A stretch of 56,591 nucleotides of DNA from Bacilli bacterium. GTDB lineage: Bacteria > Bacillota_I > Bacilli_A > ML615J-28 > CAG-698. The position numbers and the translations under genes are program-made. The stretch is taken from assembly GCA_041675825.1 (NCBI GenBank), contig JBAYTC010000001.1, positions 1 through 56,591 on the forward strand. The letters run 5' to 3'. The notes under the pieces were generated by a model, which saw only the letters and a list, made by a program, of their open reading frames with translations, had not been told where the DNA came from and did not search any database. Positions 27,953 to 37,697 of the stretch are shown here, one piece after another; the first letter of the stretch is position 1, and each line of letters begins with the position of its first letter.

Positions 27953-28096
27953 TAAAATCTACAGTCCTATTTATGGTTAATATTTTGACCACAGTAATTT
28001 TGTTTATCTTGGTCGACTAATTTTAGGTGTAATATCATAATGGATTCAAGGTCAATTTAAGGCTTTATAAAAAAATATTAAGGAGAAAATATATCA

Positions 28097-28846
28097 ATGA
28101 AATTTGTAAGTTGGAATGTAAACGGATTAAGAGCATGTATGAAAAAAGGGTTTCCAGATTTTTTTAAAAAGATGGATGCTGATATTTTTGCTATACAAGA
28201 AACTAAGATGAAGGAAGAACAAAAAGATTTTGATTTTGAAGGGTATTATGAATATTGGAATTGTGCAGATAAAGCCGGATATTCAGGAACATTAATATAT
28301 ACAAAAGTTAAACCCATATCTGTGCATTACGGACTTGATGGTGGTAAATACAATGATGAGGGTAGAGCTATAACATTGGAGTTTGCAAACTTCTATTTTG
28401 TTACTGTTTATTCACCAAATACTAAGAGAGATTTGCTTAGATTAGATTATCGTATGGAATATGAAGATGATTTTAGAAAGTATCTAAAAAGATTAGATCA
28501 ACATAAGCCAGTTATTATGTGCGGTGATTTAAATGTTGCGCATAATGAAATTGATTTAAAAAATCCTAAAGCGAATGAAAGAAATGCTGGGTTTACTATT
28601 GAAGAAAGAACTAAATTTGGAATATTACTTGATAATGGATTTACAGACACTTTTAGATATTTATATCCTGATACAATTAAGTATTCATGGTGGAGTTATA
28701 TGATGAATGCAAGAAATAAAGGTATTGGTTGGCGTATTGACTATTTTGTAATTAGTGATAGATTACGAAATGATTTAAAAGAAAGTTTAATATATGATGA
28801 GGTATTGGGTAGTGATCATTGTCCAGTAGCCATCGAGATTTTTTAA
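28097..28846 (+). CDS. xth: Exodeoxyribonuclease III (AP endonuclease)
   Basis: 249 aa. Motifs SWNVNGLRA, QETK, GDLNVAH, WRIDYF, GSDHCPV. Confidence 0.93.
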   Translation: MKFVSWNVNGLRACMKKGFPDFFKKMDADIFAIQETKMKEEQKDFDFEGYYEYWNCADKAGYSGTLIYTKVKPISVHYGLDGGKYNDEGRAITLEFANFYFVTVYSPNTKRDLLRLDYRMEYEDDFRKYLKRLDQHKPVIMCGDLNVAHNEIDLKNPKANERNAGFTIEERTKFGILLDNGFTDTFRYLYPDTIKYSWWSYMMNARNKGIGWRIDYFVISDRLRNDLKESLIYDEVLGSDHCPVAIEIF

Positions 28847-28870
28847 ACAAAGCTATTGCTTTGTTTTTTT
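28845..28870 (+). terminator. Rho-independent terminator of xth
   Basis: aaacaaagc-tatt-gctttgttt followed by a T run. Confidence 0.8.
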
Positions 28871-28945
28871 ATTGTTATTCTTGAAAAATATCATATAATA
28901 ATATATAATGAAGATACAAAGGCTAAAGTAAAATAGGAGGATTCT

Positions 28946-30607
28946 ATGGATCACAAAAGAAATACCAAATTTGAAGCTTTTTTGTTTAATGTTCAAGAAA
29001 AGTACAGAAACTATATAATAACCTTTGTTGTTTTAGTTACCATATTAACTTTTATTATTGTTTATTTTACTGGTGGCATAAAACTATCTTACTCACACAC
29101 AATGTACATAGCCATTTTAGTTGCAGGTATTGGTTTGGGTTGGAAATGGGGAGTTGGTATTGGTATTTTTGCTGGTTTGTTACTTGGCCCTTTCATGCCC
29201 ATTGATGTTGCTACTGGAGAGCATCAGGAGTATTATGAATGGATATATCGTATGTTTATGTTTGCTTTAGTGGGTTTTACTAGTGGGATTTCTGCTAATT
29301 CATTAAGAAATTATATAAATATGGTCATAACATTATATACTCATGATCAACTAACCAAGGTTCCAAATATAAACAGTTTAAGTAGATTAGAAGAAGTTCA
29401 AATTGTAGATAAGGATTACACACTGATTTCTGTTATCATAAATAATTATGATAGTATTGTAAGTATTCTCGGACAAGACATTTATTCAAAGCTATTTAAA
29501 AAAGTATATGATTCTTTAAAAGCAAAAGTTAGCTATGATACTACTATTGTTCAAGCTGATAGAAATAAACTATGGATAGTTATTAAACATAGCGATTTAG
29601 AACAAGATGTTTTAGAAATAGTTTTAAAACTTGAACATTTTTTAGAAGTTGAAGATATTCCACTATATGTTGAATACTCTGTGGGTGGAGATATTTTAAG
29701 AAAAAACAAAAAGATTACTGACTTAAATACATTTCAAAGAGCGGACGCGCTAGCTAGAAATGCTTTAAAACATAATGTTAAATATTTAATTGATGATAAA
29801 AAACATAAGATAAATCGTTATGATATTAAGCTAATTGGGGAGTTTGCGCTTGCTCTTGAACAGAATCAAACATTTCTAGTTTTTCAACCACAAATTAATA
29901 TTAAAACTAGAGAGCTTACAGGATTTGAAGCCTTGATTAGATGGAATCACCCAGAGATGGGAATTATTTACCCAGATAGTTTTATTCCATTAATAGAAGA
30001 AACCCAAATTATTCATGATCTTACAATGTGGGTTTTAGATAATGTGATTTTAAAAGTTAAAGAATTAAAAAAACAGAATATTAATTTACCAATTTCTATT
30101 AATATTTCCCCTAAAAATTTGTTAGATAGTAGTTTTTATGAAAAAGTATTAAACAAGATAAGAACAGCTGATATTGATCATCGATTAATAGAACTGGAAA
30201 TAACTGAATCTGCGGTAATGAATAATCCTCAAGAGAGCTTCAATATGTTGAAAAGATTTAGAAATGAAGGGATAAGAATTTCATTAGATGATTTTGGTAG
30301 AGGATACTCATCATTAGCGCATTTGAGTGAAATAGAATTAGATGTTATAAAAATAGATAAGTTTTTCATAAACAAAATGGAGAGCAGTCCTAGTCATGGA
30401 TATGTTGTTAAGGCGATAATTGAAATTGCCCATAATATTGGATGTAGTGTTATTGCTGAGGGAATAGAAAATGAAAATATATTAAAAATACTTGATAAAT
30501 TTAATTGTGATTTGGGTCAGGGATTTTATATAGCAATGCCAATGAATGATAAAGATTTGAATATTTGGATAGAAGATTATGCTAAAAATATTGATAACCG
30601 CATTTAA
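28946..30607 (+). CDS. Membrane protein with a degenerate GGDEF-like domain and an intact EAL domain (c-di-GMP phosphodiesterase)
   Basis: 553 aa with about 4 N-terminal TM helices. The GGDEF position reads VQADRNKLWIVI, so no GGDEF motif. EAL motifs are intact: FEALIRW, DDFGRGYSS, EGIENE, QGFYIAMP. Confidence 0.85.
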   Translation: MDHKRNTKFEAFLFNVQEKYRNYIITFVVLVTILTFIIVYFTGGIKLSYSHTMYIAILVAGIGLGWKWGVGIGIFAGLLLGPFMPIDVATGEHQEYYEWIYRMFMFALVGFTSGISANSLRNYINMVITLYTHDQLTKVPNINSLSRLEEVQIVDKDYTLISVIINNYDSIVSILGQDIYSKLFKKVYDSLKAKVSYDTTIVQADRNKLWIVIKHSDLEQDVLEIVLKLEHFLEVEDIPLYVEYSVGGDILRKNKKITDLNTFQRADALARNALKHNVKYLIDDKKHKINRYDIKLIGEFALALEQNQTFLVFQPQINIKTRELTGFEALIRWNHPEMGIIYPDSFIPLIEETQIIHDLTMWVLDNVILKVKELKKQNINLPISINISPKNLLDSSFYEKVLNKIRTADIDHRLIELEITESAVMNNPQESFNMLKRFRNEGIRISLDDFGRGYSSLAHLSEIELDVIKIDKFFINKMESSPSHGYVVKAIIEIAHNIGCSVIAEGIENENILKILDKFNCDLGQGFYIAMPMNDKDLNIWIEDYAKNIDNRI

Positions 30608-31184
30608 ACCTTTTGGAGATATTGAAGATAACTCTTCACTTAGAGTGATTGAGAAAATTAACAATAGTGGTAATGCCATAATTATAAAATGTATTTTGGA
30701 TGTTGTATATGATAGATTGATTTTTGAAGATTTATTGATCAAGTACCAACCAGATATTTTACTACTTTGTGGACAAGCTGCAGGTCGTGATAAAGTCACA
30801 CTTGAACAAATTGGCATAAATTTTATTCATTCTACTCAAAGTGATAATGATGGATTAGTAATTAGTAATGAAAAAATTCTTATTGATGGTGAAGATGCTT
30901 ATTTTAACACTGTGAATTCAGCAAATATAGTTCGTCTTCTTGAAAAAACACATCCAGTTAAATTATCACTTTCTGCAGGAGGATATGTTTGTAATTACGG
31001 ATTCTATACTGCCCTTCATTACGCTAAAAAAAATCAATTAAACACGAATATTGGTTTTATTCATTTTCCACTATTTAGCGGTCAAACAAGCAAAAATTAT
31101 CCATCACTAGATTTAAATATAATGGTAGATACAATGAATAAAATCATAGATTTATTGATCAAGGAGAAAACATGCAAAGTATAA
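30579..31184 (+). CDS. pcp: Pyroglutamyl-peptidase I
   Basis: 201 aa. ILITAFKPFG start, catalytic Cys context GGYVCNYGFY and His context GFIHFP. Overlaps the EAL gene by 29 nt. Confidence 0.85.
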   Translation: MLKILITAFKPFGDIEDNSSLRVIEKINNSGNAIIIKCILDVVYDRLIFEDLLIKYQPDILLLCGQAAGRDKVTLEQIGINFIHSTQSDNDGLVISNEKILIDGEDAYFNTVNSANIVRLLEKTHPVKLSLSAGGYVCNYGFYTALHYAKKNQLNTNIGFIHFPLFSGQTSKNYPSLDLNIMVDTMNKIIDLLIKEKTCKV

Positions 31185-32371
31185 AACATTTGTATAAAAT
31201 CGGACGAGGACCATCAAGTTCACACACTATGGGGCCATATTACGCCTGCTTAGATATAAAACATTATTATGAAGATGCTGATGAAATAGAAGTTACGCTT
31301 TATAATTCGTTAGCATTAACTGGCGAAGGCCATTTAACGTATTCGGTAATTGAAGAAACTCTTAAAAACTATAGAGTTACATTCAAAACAAAGATTGATT
31401 TAAACATGCATCCTAATACTATGATTTTTAAAATTTTTAAAAATAAGCTATTCATTGAGGAAGTTATGTACAAGTCTATTGGCGGTGGAGATATCTTAAA
31501 AAATGATGAAACCTTTGAAAAAGTATATATTTACCCGCATAAAAACTTTAAAGAAATTAAACAATATTGTGAAAGTGAACATATTGGATTATACGATTAT
31601 CTTAAAAGATATGAAGCTGAAGATATTGATGCTTATTTAAAAATGGTTTGGAATCAGCTAAAGCAAACTATAGAAACAGGTTTAAATGCAGAGGGTATTC
31701 TTCCAGGTAAACTTCAAGTTCAAAGAAAAGCTAAAGAACTATATAATCAAAAGCATTCTAAAGAAACTGATTCAATGAAAGAATATCGTTTAGTTAGTTC
31801 ATATGCTTTTAGTGTTAATGAGGAAAATGCATCTGGTGGAATAATTGTAACTACTCCAACATGTGGAGCAAGTGGTGTTTTACCTGCCGTTTTATATTAT
31901 ATGCACAAAGATTTAGGTTATAGTGAAGATGATATAATTAAAGCTTTAGGTGTAGCGGCAATTATTGGTAATGTTGTAAAACACAATGCAACAATAAGTG
32001 GTGCTGTTGGAGGATGTCAAGCAGAAGTAGGAACAGCATGTTCAATGGCTGCTGCAGCACATGCTTCATTGTTAAGCACAAATCTTACTCAAATAGAATA
32101 TGCTGCTGAAATAGCATTAGAACATAATTTGGGACTTACTTGTGACCCGATTGATGGCTATGTACAAATACCATGTATTGAAAGAAATGCGGTAGCAGCA
32201 ATTAGAGCAATGAGTGCATCACAAATAGCCTATTTCTTAAGTGGATCTAGAAAAATCTCTTTTGATATGATTGTTAAAACGATGTTACAAACAGGATTAG
32301 ATATGCATCCTAAATATAAAGAGACATCTGAGGCTGGTATGGCATATTTTTATAATAATTTAAATGATTGA
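31172..32371 (+). CDS. sdaA: L-serine ammonia-lyase (iron-sulfur L-serine dehydratase, single-chain type)
   Basis: 399 aa. KIGRGPSSSHTMGP start. Cys ligand contexts TPTCGASG, GGCQAEVG, PCIERNA. Overlaps pcp by 13 nt. Confidence 0.88.
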   Translation: MQSIKHLYKIGRGPSSSHTMGPYYACLDIKHYYEDADEIEVTLYNSLALTGEGHLTYSVIEETLKNYRVTFKTKIDLNMHPNTMIFKIFKNKLFIEEVMYKSIGGGDILKNDETFEKVYIYPHKNFKEIKQYCESEHIGLYDYLKRYEAEDIDAYLKMVWNQLKQTIETGLNAEGILPGKLQVQRKAKELYNQKHSKETDSMKEYRLVSSYAFSVNEENASGGIIVTTPTCGASGVLPAVLYYMHKDLGYSEDDIIKALGVAAIIGNVVKHNATISGAVGGCQAEVGTACSMAAAAHASLLSTNLTQIEYAAEIALEHNLGLTCDPIDGYVQIPCIERNAVAAIRAMSASQIAYFLSGSRKISFDMIVKTMLQTGLDMHPKYKETSEAGMAYFYNNLND

Positions 32372-32449
32372 TTAATTTCAATCTTTTTTCAAGTTGTAAA
32401 TCTAGCTAGTTTATAGTATAATTTATGTATATAGGAGAGTTATAAAAAT

Positions 32450-33520
32450 ATGACGACAAACTCATTTTTAAATACAATTTCTGTGATTAAAGACAAACCA
32501 GAAGTTGGTTTTAGTGTTGTAAAGACAAAAATAAGTACAGACTTAGAAGATAATGAAGTTTTAATTAAGGTAATATATGCATCATTTTGTGGGACGGATT
32601 ACCATTTATATAAATATGACGATTGGGCAAAAAATAGAATAAAGCTTCCGATTACGGTTGGACATGAATTTTGTGGTTCGGTTATAAAGGTTGGTAAAAA
32701 GGTTTCAAGAGTTAGAATTGGTGATATCGTAAGTGCTGAAACTCATATTATTTGTCATAAATGTGAATTTTGTTTAAGAGGCGATGGCCACATTTGTGAG
32801 AATACCAAGATTATTGGAGTTGATACAGAGGGATGTTTTTCAAATTATGTAAAAATACCTGAGGAAAATTGTTTTGTTAATAGCAAAGAAGTTAATCCGT
32901 TATATTTATCAGTTCAAGAACCTCTAGGTAATGCAGTTCATACATTGGCACATTTTGATATAATTAATAAAGATGTTGCAATAGTTGGTTGTGGGCCAAT
33001 TGGTTTGATGGGAATAGCTGTAGCTAAGGCATATAATGCTAAAAAGATTATTGCAATTGAAGTTAATCAATATCGTAGGGATTTAGCTTTAAAACTAGGT
33101 GCTGATGTTGTAATTAATCCTTTGGAAGTTAACGTAATTGATAAGGTCATGGAACTAACCAACAATTTGGGGGTTGATGTAGTAGGTGAATTTAGTGGTA
33201 ATAAAGTAGCAATTGAATCAAGTTTTAAGTATATCAAAAAAGGTGGAGGAATGAGTTTACTTGGAATACCTTCTAAAAATATTGAAATAGATCTAGCAAA
33301 CGATATTGTTTTTAAAGGTATATCAATTTATGGGGTTACAGGCCGAAGGATTTATGACACATGGTATAAAGTTAAAGATTTGATTGATAGCAACAAATTG
33401 CCACTTGATTTAATAGTGACCCATATTATGCCACTAAGTAAAATTAATGAAGCCAGCGAAATTATGGGTAGTGGGAACTGTGGAAAAATCGTATTAATAC
33501 CGGAGGTAGTAGATGAATAA
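32450..33520 (+). CDS. tdh: L-threonine 3-dehydrogenase (Zn-dependent MDR family)
   Basis: 356 aa. Catalytic zinc motif GHEFCG, structural zinc [15 protein letters not shown], Rossmann GCGPIG. Overlaps and precedes kbl, the classic tdh-kbl pairing. Confidence 0.85.
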   Translation: MTTNSFLNTISVIKDKPEVGFSVVKTKISTDLEDNEVLIKVIYASFCGTDYHLYKYDDWAKNRIKLPITVGHEFCGSVIKVGKKVSRVRIGDIVSAETHIICHKCEFCLRGDGHICENTKIIGVDTEGCFSNYVKIPEENCFVNSKEVNPLYLSVQEPLGNAVHTLAHFDIINKDVAIVGCGPIGLMGIAVAKAYNAKKIIAIEVNQYRRDLALKLGADVVINPLEVNVIDKVMELTNNLGVDVVGEFSGNKVAIESSFKYIKKGGGMSLLGIPSKNIEIDLANDIVFKGISIYGVTGRRIYDTWYKVKDLIDSNKLPLDLIVTHIMPLSKINEASEIMGSGNCGKIVLIPEVVDE

Positions 33521-34691
33521 ATACAAAGTATTTGAAGATAAAGTTGAAAACTTAAAAAAAGATGGTGTTTATAGACATCTACCAGTAAATAATGGTATTT
33601 GTGGGAATGTTATATATTTAAATAATAAAAGAGTTGTTAATCTATCGAGCAATAATTATCTTGGATTAGCAAGCAATAAACAAATATTGGATAAAGCAAT
33701 TGAGGCGTCTATCAATTATGGAACTGGTGCTGGAAGTGTTAGAACGATCGTTGGTAATACTGATATTTTAGAAGAATTAGAAGAACTTCTAGCAAAGTTT
33801 AAGCAAGAAGAAGCTGTAACTGTTTTTCAATCAGGACTAAATTGTAATATTGGAACGATTCAGGCGATAACTGAGAAGGGTGATTTAATAATAAGTGATG
33901 AGCTGAATCATGCTTCTATAATAGATGGGGTTAGGCTATCAAGAGCTGATAAAGCAATCTACCGTCATAATGACATGGCTCATTTAGAAGATATACTAAA
34001 AGAGAAACGAAATAATTACAATACTGTTTTAATTATTACAGATGGTGTTTTTTCGATGGATGGAGACATTGCCGATCTTAAGTCTATTGTAAAATTAGCC
34101 AAAAAGTATGATGCTTTAACATATGTTGATGATGCACATGGAAGTGGTGTTTTAGGTAAAAATGGTAGGGGTACTATTGACCATCTTGGACTACATGGTG
34201 AGGTTGATTTTATAGTCGGAACTTTAAGTAAGGCTATAGGATCAATTGGAGGGTATGTAACAAGTAAAAAAATTGTTAAAGAATGGTTATTACATAGATG
34301 TAGACCGTTATTATTTTCTACAGCTTTACCACCTGCAAGTATTGTGGCTTCAATTGAGGCAATAAAGATTTTAATGGAAACAGAAGAATTTACAAATCGT
34401 TTATGGAGTAATGCAAAATATTTTAAAGAAAAAATGGCAAAATTAGGTTTTGACTTAGGTTGTAGTCAAACTCCAATAACTCCAGTCATGGTTGGTAATG
34501 AGGCGATGACAATGAAGTTTTCTAAAATGTTACTTGAAGAAGGAGTATTTGTTTCAGCAATTGTCTTTCCGACGGTTCCTTTAGGTAAAGGAAGGTTAAG
34601 AGTAATGATTAGTGCTTCTCATACTATTGAAGATTTAGATTATTCTATTCAAAAATTTGAACAAATTGGTAAAGAATTAAATATTATTTAA
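33513..34691 (+). CDS. kbl: Glycine C-acetyltransferase (2-amino-3-ketobutyrate CoA ligase)
   Basis: 392 aa. Alpha-oxoamine synthase motifs [25 protein letters not shown], and PLP lysine context GTLSKA. Confidence 0.88.
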   Translation: MNKYKVFEDKVENLKKDGVYRHLPVNNGICGNVIYLNNKRVVNLSSNNYLGLASNKQILDKAIEASINYGTGAGSVRTIVGNTDILEELEELLAKFKQEEAVTVFQSGLNCNIGTIQAITEKGDLIISDELNHASIIDGVRLSRADKAIYRHNDMAHLEDILKEKRNNYNTVLIITDGVFSMDGDIADLKSIVKLAKKYDALTYVDDAHGSGVLGKNGRGTIDHLGLHGEVDFIVGTLSKAIGSIGGYVTSKKIVKEWLLHRCRPLLFSTALPPASIVASIEAIKILMETEEFTNRLWSNAKYFKEKMAKLGFDLGCSQTPITPVMVGNEAMTMKFSKMLLEEGVFVSAIVFPTVPLGKGRLRVMISASHTIEDLDYSIQKFEQIGKELNII

Positions 34692-34695
34692 TTGT

Positions 34696-34725
34696 AAAAA
34701 ACTTCATACATATATGAAGTTTTTT
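34696..34725 (+). terminator. Rho-independent terminator of tdh-kbl
   Basis: aaaaaacttcata-cata-tatgaagtttttt. Confidence 0.85.
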
Positions 34726-34880
34726 ATATGTCAAAACAAAAATTAAATAAATCATTACTAGTAAATTTATATATCAAAAAAGTATGAAAATGTTTTCTTC
34801 AAATAATAGTATATTTTTATTGCTTTTTTTAAAATAAAGAATATAATCTTCTTATCAAAAATATATTGGAGGATTTGATA

Positions 34881-36020
34881 GTGAAAAAAGAAGTTATCGA
34901 GTTGATCGATTTAGTAAAAAAATATGACGATGATACAATCGTAAATGGTATTAATCTTAAAGTTTATGATAATGAGTTCTTAACATTACTAGGACCATCT
35001 GGTTGTGGTAAAACAACGACTTTAAGAATGATTGGTGGATTTGAAACCCCCGACAGTGGAAGTATAATTATCAATCAAAAAATATTTAATGAATTACCAC
35101 CATATGCAAGGCCTGTAAATACCGTCTTCCAACGATATGCACTATTCACGCATTTAAATGTTTTTGATAATGTTGCCTTTGGACTAAACAATAGAGGATA
35201 TAGTTATCAACTCAACTTCTTTGGTGAAGAATTTATTAAATCTGAATTAATTAGAGAAAAAAAGGAAGTAACAAATAAGGAAATCAAAAATAAAATTAAA
35301 GATCTTATTGCTATTGAAGTCACTAAAGCTTTAACATTAGTTAAATTAGCAGGTTTTGAAAAAAGGAAAGTTAATCAGATGAGTGGTGGACAGCAACAAA
35401 GAGTTGCATTGGCTAGAGCAATCATAAATCGCCCGCAAATACTTTTGCTAGATGAACCCCTATCAGCATTAGATTTAAAATTAAGACAAAATATGCAATA
35501 TGAATTAAAAGAAATTCAAAAGAAATTAGGAATTACTTTTATTTACGTGACTCATGATCAAGAAGAAGCAATGACTATGAGTGATAGAATAATCGTTATG
35601 AAAGATGGAGTGATTCAACAAATGGGGACACCTAAACACATCTATAATGAACCGGTTAATAGATATGTTGCAACTTTCATTGGCGAATCTAATATTATTC
35701 CCGGAGTTTACATTACTAAAGACAAAGTTAGATTTATGAATGTTGATTTTGATTGTATGGGTTATAATTTTAAAGATAATGAAGCTGTTGATGTTGTAAT
35801 TCGTCCAGAGGATTTTGATGTTGTTGATATGGATAAAGCAAAACTTATTGGAGTAGTTAAGTCGACAATATTTAAAGGTGTACACAATAAATTAATTATC
35901 GATATAAATGGTGTTGATTTCGAAGTAAATACATATGAAAACTATAATGTTGGTGATAGCATTGGTTTAAAAGTTGATCCATATGAAATTCATATAATGA
36001 AGGTAAATGCAAATGAATAA
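34881..36020 (+). CDS. potA: Spermidine/putrescine ABC transporter ATP-binding protein
   Basis: Walker A GPSGCGKTT, signature MSGGQQQR, Walker B LLLDEPLSALD, C-terminal TOBE-like domain. GTG at 34881 lies 8 nt after GGAGG; the track start TTG at 34866 overlaps the RBS. Confidence 0.88.
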   Translation: MKKEVIELIDLVKKYDDDTIVNGINLKVYDNEFLTLLGPSGCGKTTTLRMIGGFETPDSGSIIINQKIFNELPPYARPVNTVFQRYALFTHLNVFDNVAFGLNNRGYSYQLNFFGEEFIKSELIREKKEVTNKEIKNKIKDLIAIEVTKALTLVKLAGFEKRKVNQMSGGQQQRVALARAIINRPQILLLDEPLSALDLKLRQNMQYELKEIQKKLGITFIYVTHDQEEAMTMSDRIIVMKDGVIQQMGTPKHIYNEPVNRYVATFIGESNIIPGVYITKDKVRFMNVDFDCMGYNFKDNEAVDVVIRPEDFDVVDMDKAKLIGVVKSTIFKGVHNKLIIDINGVDFEVNTYENYNVGDSIGLKVDPYEIHIMKVNANE

Positions 36021-36846
36021 TGCATTCAAAAAAATGTCCACTCCATATTTAGTATGGTTGTATATATTAGCATTATTTCCAGTAGCTATAATGTTCATCT
36101 TGATATTTATGAATAATGAGGGTATGAGTTTGGATGAGGCGAGTTTTACTTTTAGTAATTTTGCCGCGCTTGGTGAACCGGGCAACATAGTTGCTTTCAT
36201 AAATAGTTTTAAATTTGCTATTATTTCTACAATTGTAATTATTATTATTGGATACTTTGTTGCATATAGAGTTTTTAGATCTAAGTTTAATAATAAATTC
36301 TTTGTTCTAACAATATTAATATTACCAATGTGGAGTAATTTATTACTTAGAATTGAAGCATTGGGAAATATAATGGAACCAAACAACATATTAGTGGATC
36401 TGCTGAGCAAAATCAACATAGATTTATACATTAATATTAAAGGTACAGAGTTGGCTATTATTATTGGATTTGTGTTTACTTATCTACCATTTATGATTTT
36501 GCCTATATATACAGCATTAGAAAAAATCGATCCGTCATTAGAAGAAGCAGCATTAGATCTTGGAATTCCAGGTATTAAGAAGTTTTGGAAGGTAATAATA
36601 CCGATGAGTTATAAGGGTATAATAACAGGATCAATTCTTGTATTCTTACCAATATTAAGTGGATTTGCAATACCTAAAATATTAGGCAAGGGTAATATTA
36701 TATCATTAGGAGAAGTTATTGAAAGATCATTTATGAACATGTCTTACAATATTGGATCACTTTTTGCAATAATTATTCTTATTTTGATATTAGGTTCTAT
36801 TATAATAATTAATAAAATAGACAAGGAAGGGGAGTTATTATTATGA
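36007..36846 (+). CDS. potB: Spermidine/putrescine ABC transporter permease
   Basis: Six-TM permease with the EAA loop (LEEAALDLG). The start may be the second ATG at 36013. Confidence 0.85.
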   Translation: MQMNNAFKKMSTPYLVWLYILALFPVAIMFILIFMNNEGMSLDEASFTFSNFAALGEPGNIVAFINSFKFAIISTIVIIIIGYFVAYRVFRSKFNNKFFVLTILILPMWSNLLLRIEALGNIMEPNNILVDLLSKINIDLYINIKGTELAIIIGFVFTYLPFMILPIYTALEKIDPSLEEAALDLGIPGIKKFWKVIIPMSYKGIITGSILVFLPILSGFAIPKILGKGNIISLGEVIERSFMNMSYNIGSLFAIIILILILGSIIIINKIDKEGELLL

Positions 36847-37697
36847 TGAAATACGAAAAAGCAACCCTTCAAGATTATGGATTTAAAGACTATTCACAAC
36901 TGAAGAAAATTTATAGTGTTTTAAACAAAATTATGTTAACTATTGTTATTTTAATGTTATACCTATCAGTTATAATAATAGCTATTCAGTCATTTAATTC
37001 AAGTACAGACTTATCTGTTTTTAATAAATTTACGTTTAAGTGGTATACAGAAATATTTAGCAATAAAATGTTGACTAATGCAATTAGTAATACATTTGTT
37101 GTGAGTATATTTGCAACGCTTCTGGCAACTATATTAGGCACTTTAATTGCTATAGGGATAAACTCTTTACCACAAAAGAAAAAACAAAGAATGATATTAC
37201 TTAACAATATCCCATTACTTAATGCTGATATTGTAACGGGAATAAGTTTAATGTTTGTGTTTAGTTTATTAATGCCAATATTTCCCTATATATTTGGATT
37301 TCCAACATTATTAATGGCTCATTTATTCTTTACTTTACCATATGTCATTCTATCAGTTTTACCTAAACTCAAAGAAATGGATCCTAATATAATGGATGCA
37401 GCCACTGATTTAGGAGTTAGACCGTATAGAGCATTAACTAAAGTGATTGTACCTGCAGTTAAATCAGGAATATTTGCTGGAATGTTACTTGCTTTCACAA
37501 TGAGCTTTGATGATTTTGTTATTAGTTATTTTACAACAGGGAATGATTTTGATAACTTATCAATTTGGATTTATAGTAGTATAGGTAGAAAGAGTTTAAC
37601 TCCATCAGTATACGCATTTTCTACATTACTAACAGCATTCACTTTGATTAGTTTAACAATATATAATAGTTTTAATAAAAATAAGGTGAAAAAATAA
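36843..37697 (+). CDS. potC: Spermidine/putrescine ABC transporter permease
   Basis: Permease with EAA loop IMDAATDLG. ATGA overlap with potB. Confidence 0.85.
   Translation: MMKYEKATLQDYGFKDYSQLKKIYSVLNKIMLTIVILMLYLSVIIIAIQSFNSSTDLSVFNKFTFKWYTEIFSNKMLTNAISNTFVVSIFATLLATILGTLIAIGINSLPQKKKQRMILLNNIPLLNADIVTGISLMFVFSLLMPIFPYIFGFPTLLMAHLFFTLPYVILSVLPKLKEMDPNIMDAATDLGVRPYRALTKVIVPAVKSGIFAGMLLAFTMSFDDFVISYFTTGNDFDNLSIWIYSSIGRKSLTPSVYAFSTLLTAFTLISLTIYNSFNKNKVKK

Noticed and set aside
34692-34865. Long leaders that might hide riboswitches or T-boxes: before potA (174 nt), between arcA and xth (27953-28096), before pstS (42102-42308) and before tdh (32372-32449).
   Set aside because: All are extremely AT-rich and lack the GC-rich helices and conserved cores of the riboswitch classes I know (GEMM, glycine, lysine, T-box specifier/antiterminator, M-box). 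The potA leader is explained by the kbl terminator plus a promoter. A covariance-model scan would be the decisive check.
35526-36431. Antisense ORFs of 119 and 154 aa opposite potA/potB, and a 111-aa ORF at 30482-30817 opposite the EAL/pcp junction.
   Set aside because: They are long only because AT-rich antisense frames are poor in stop codons. The sense strand carries unmistakable ABC transporter and pcp motifs, and the antisense ORFs have no start context.
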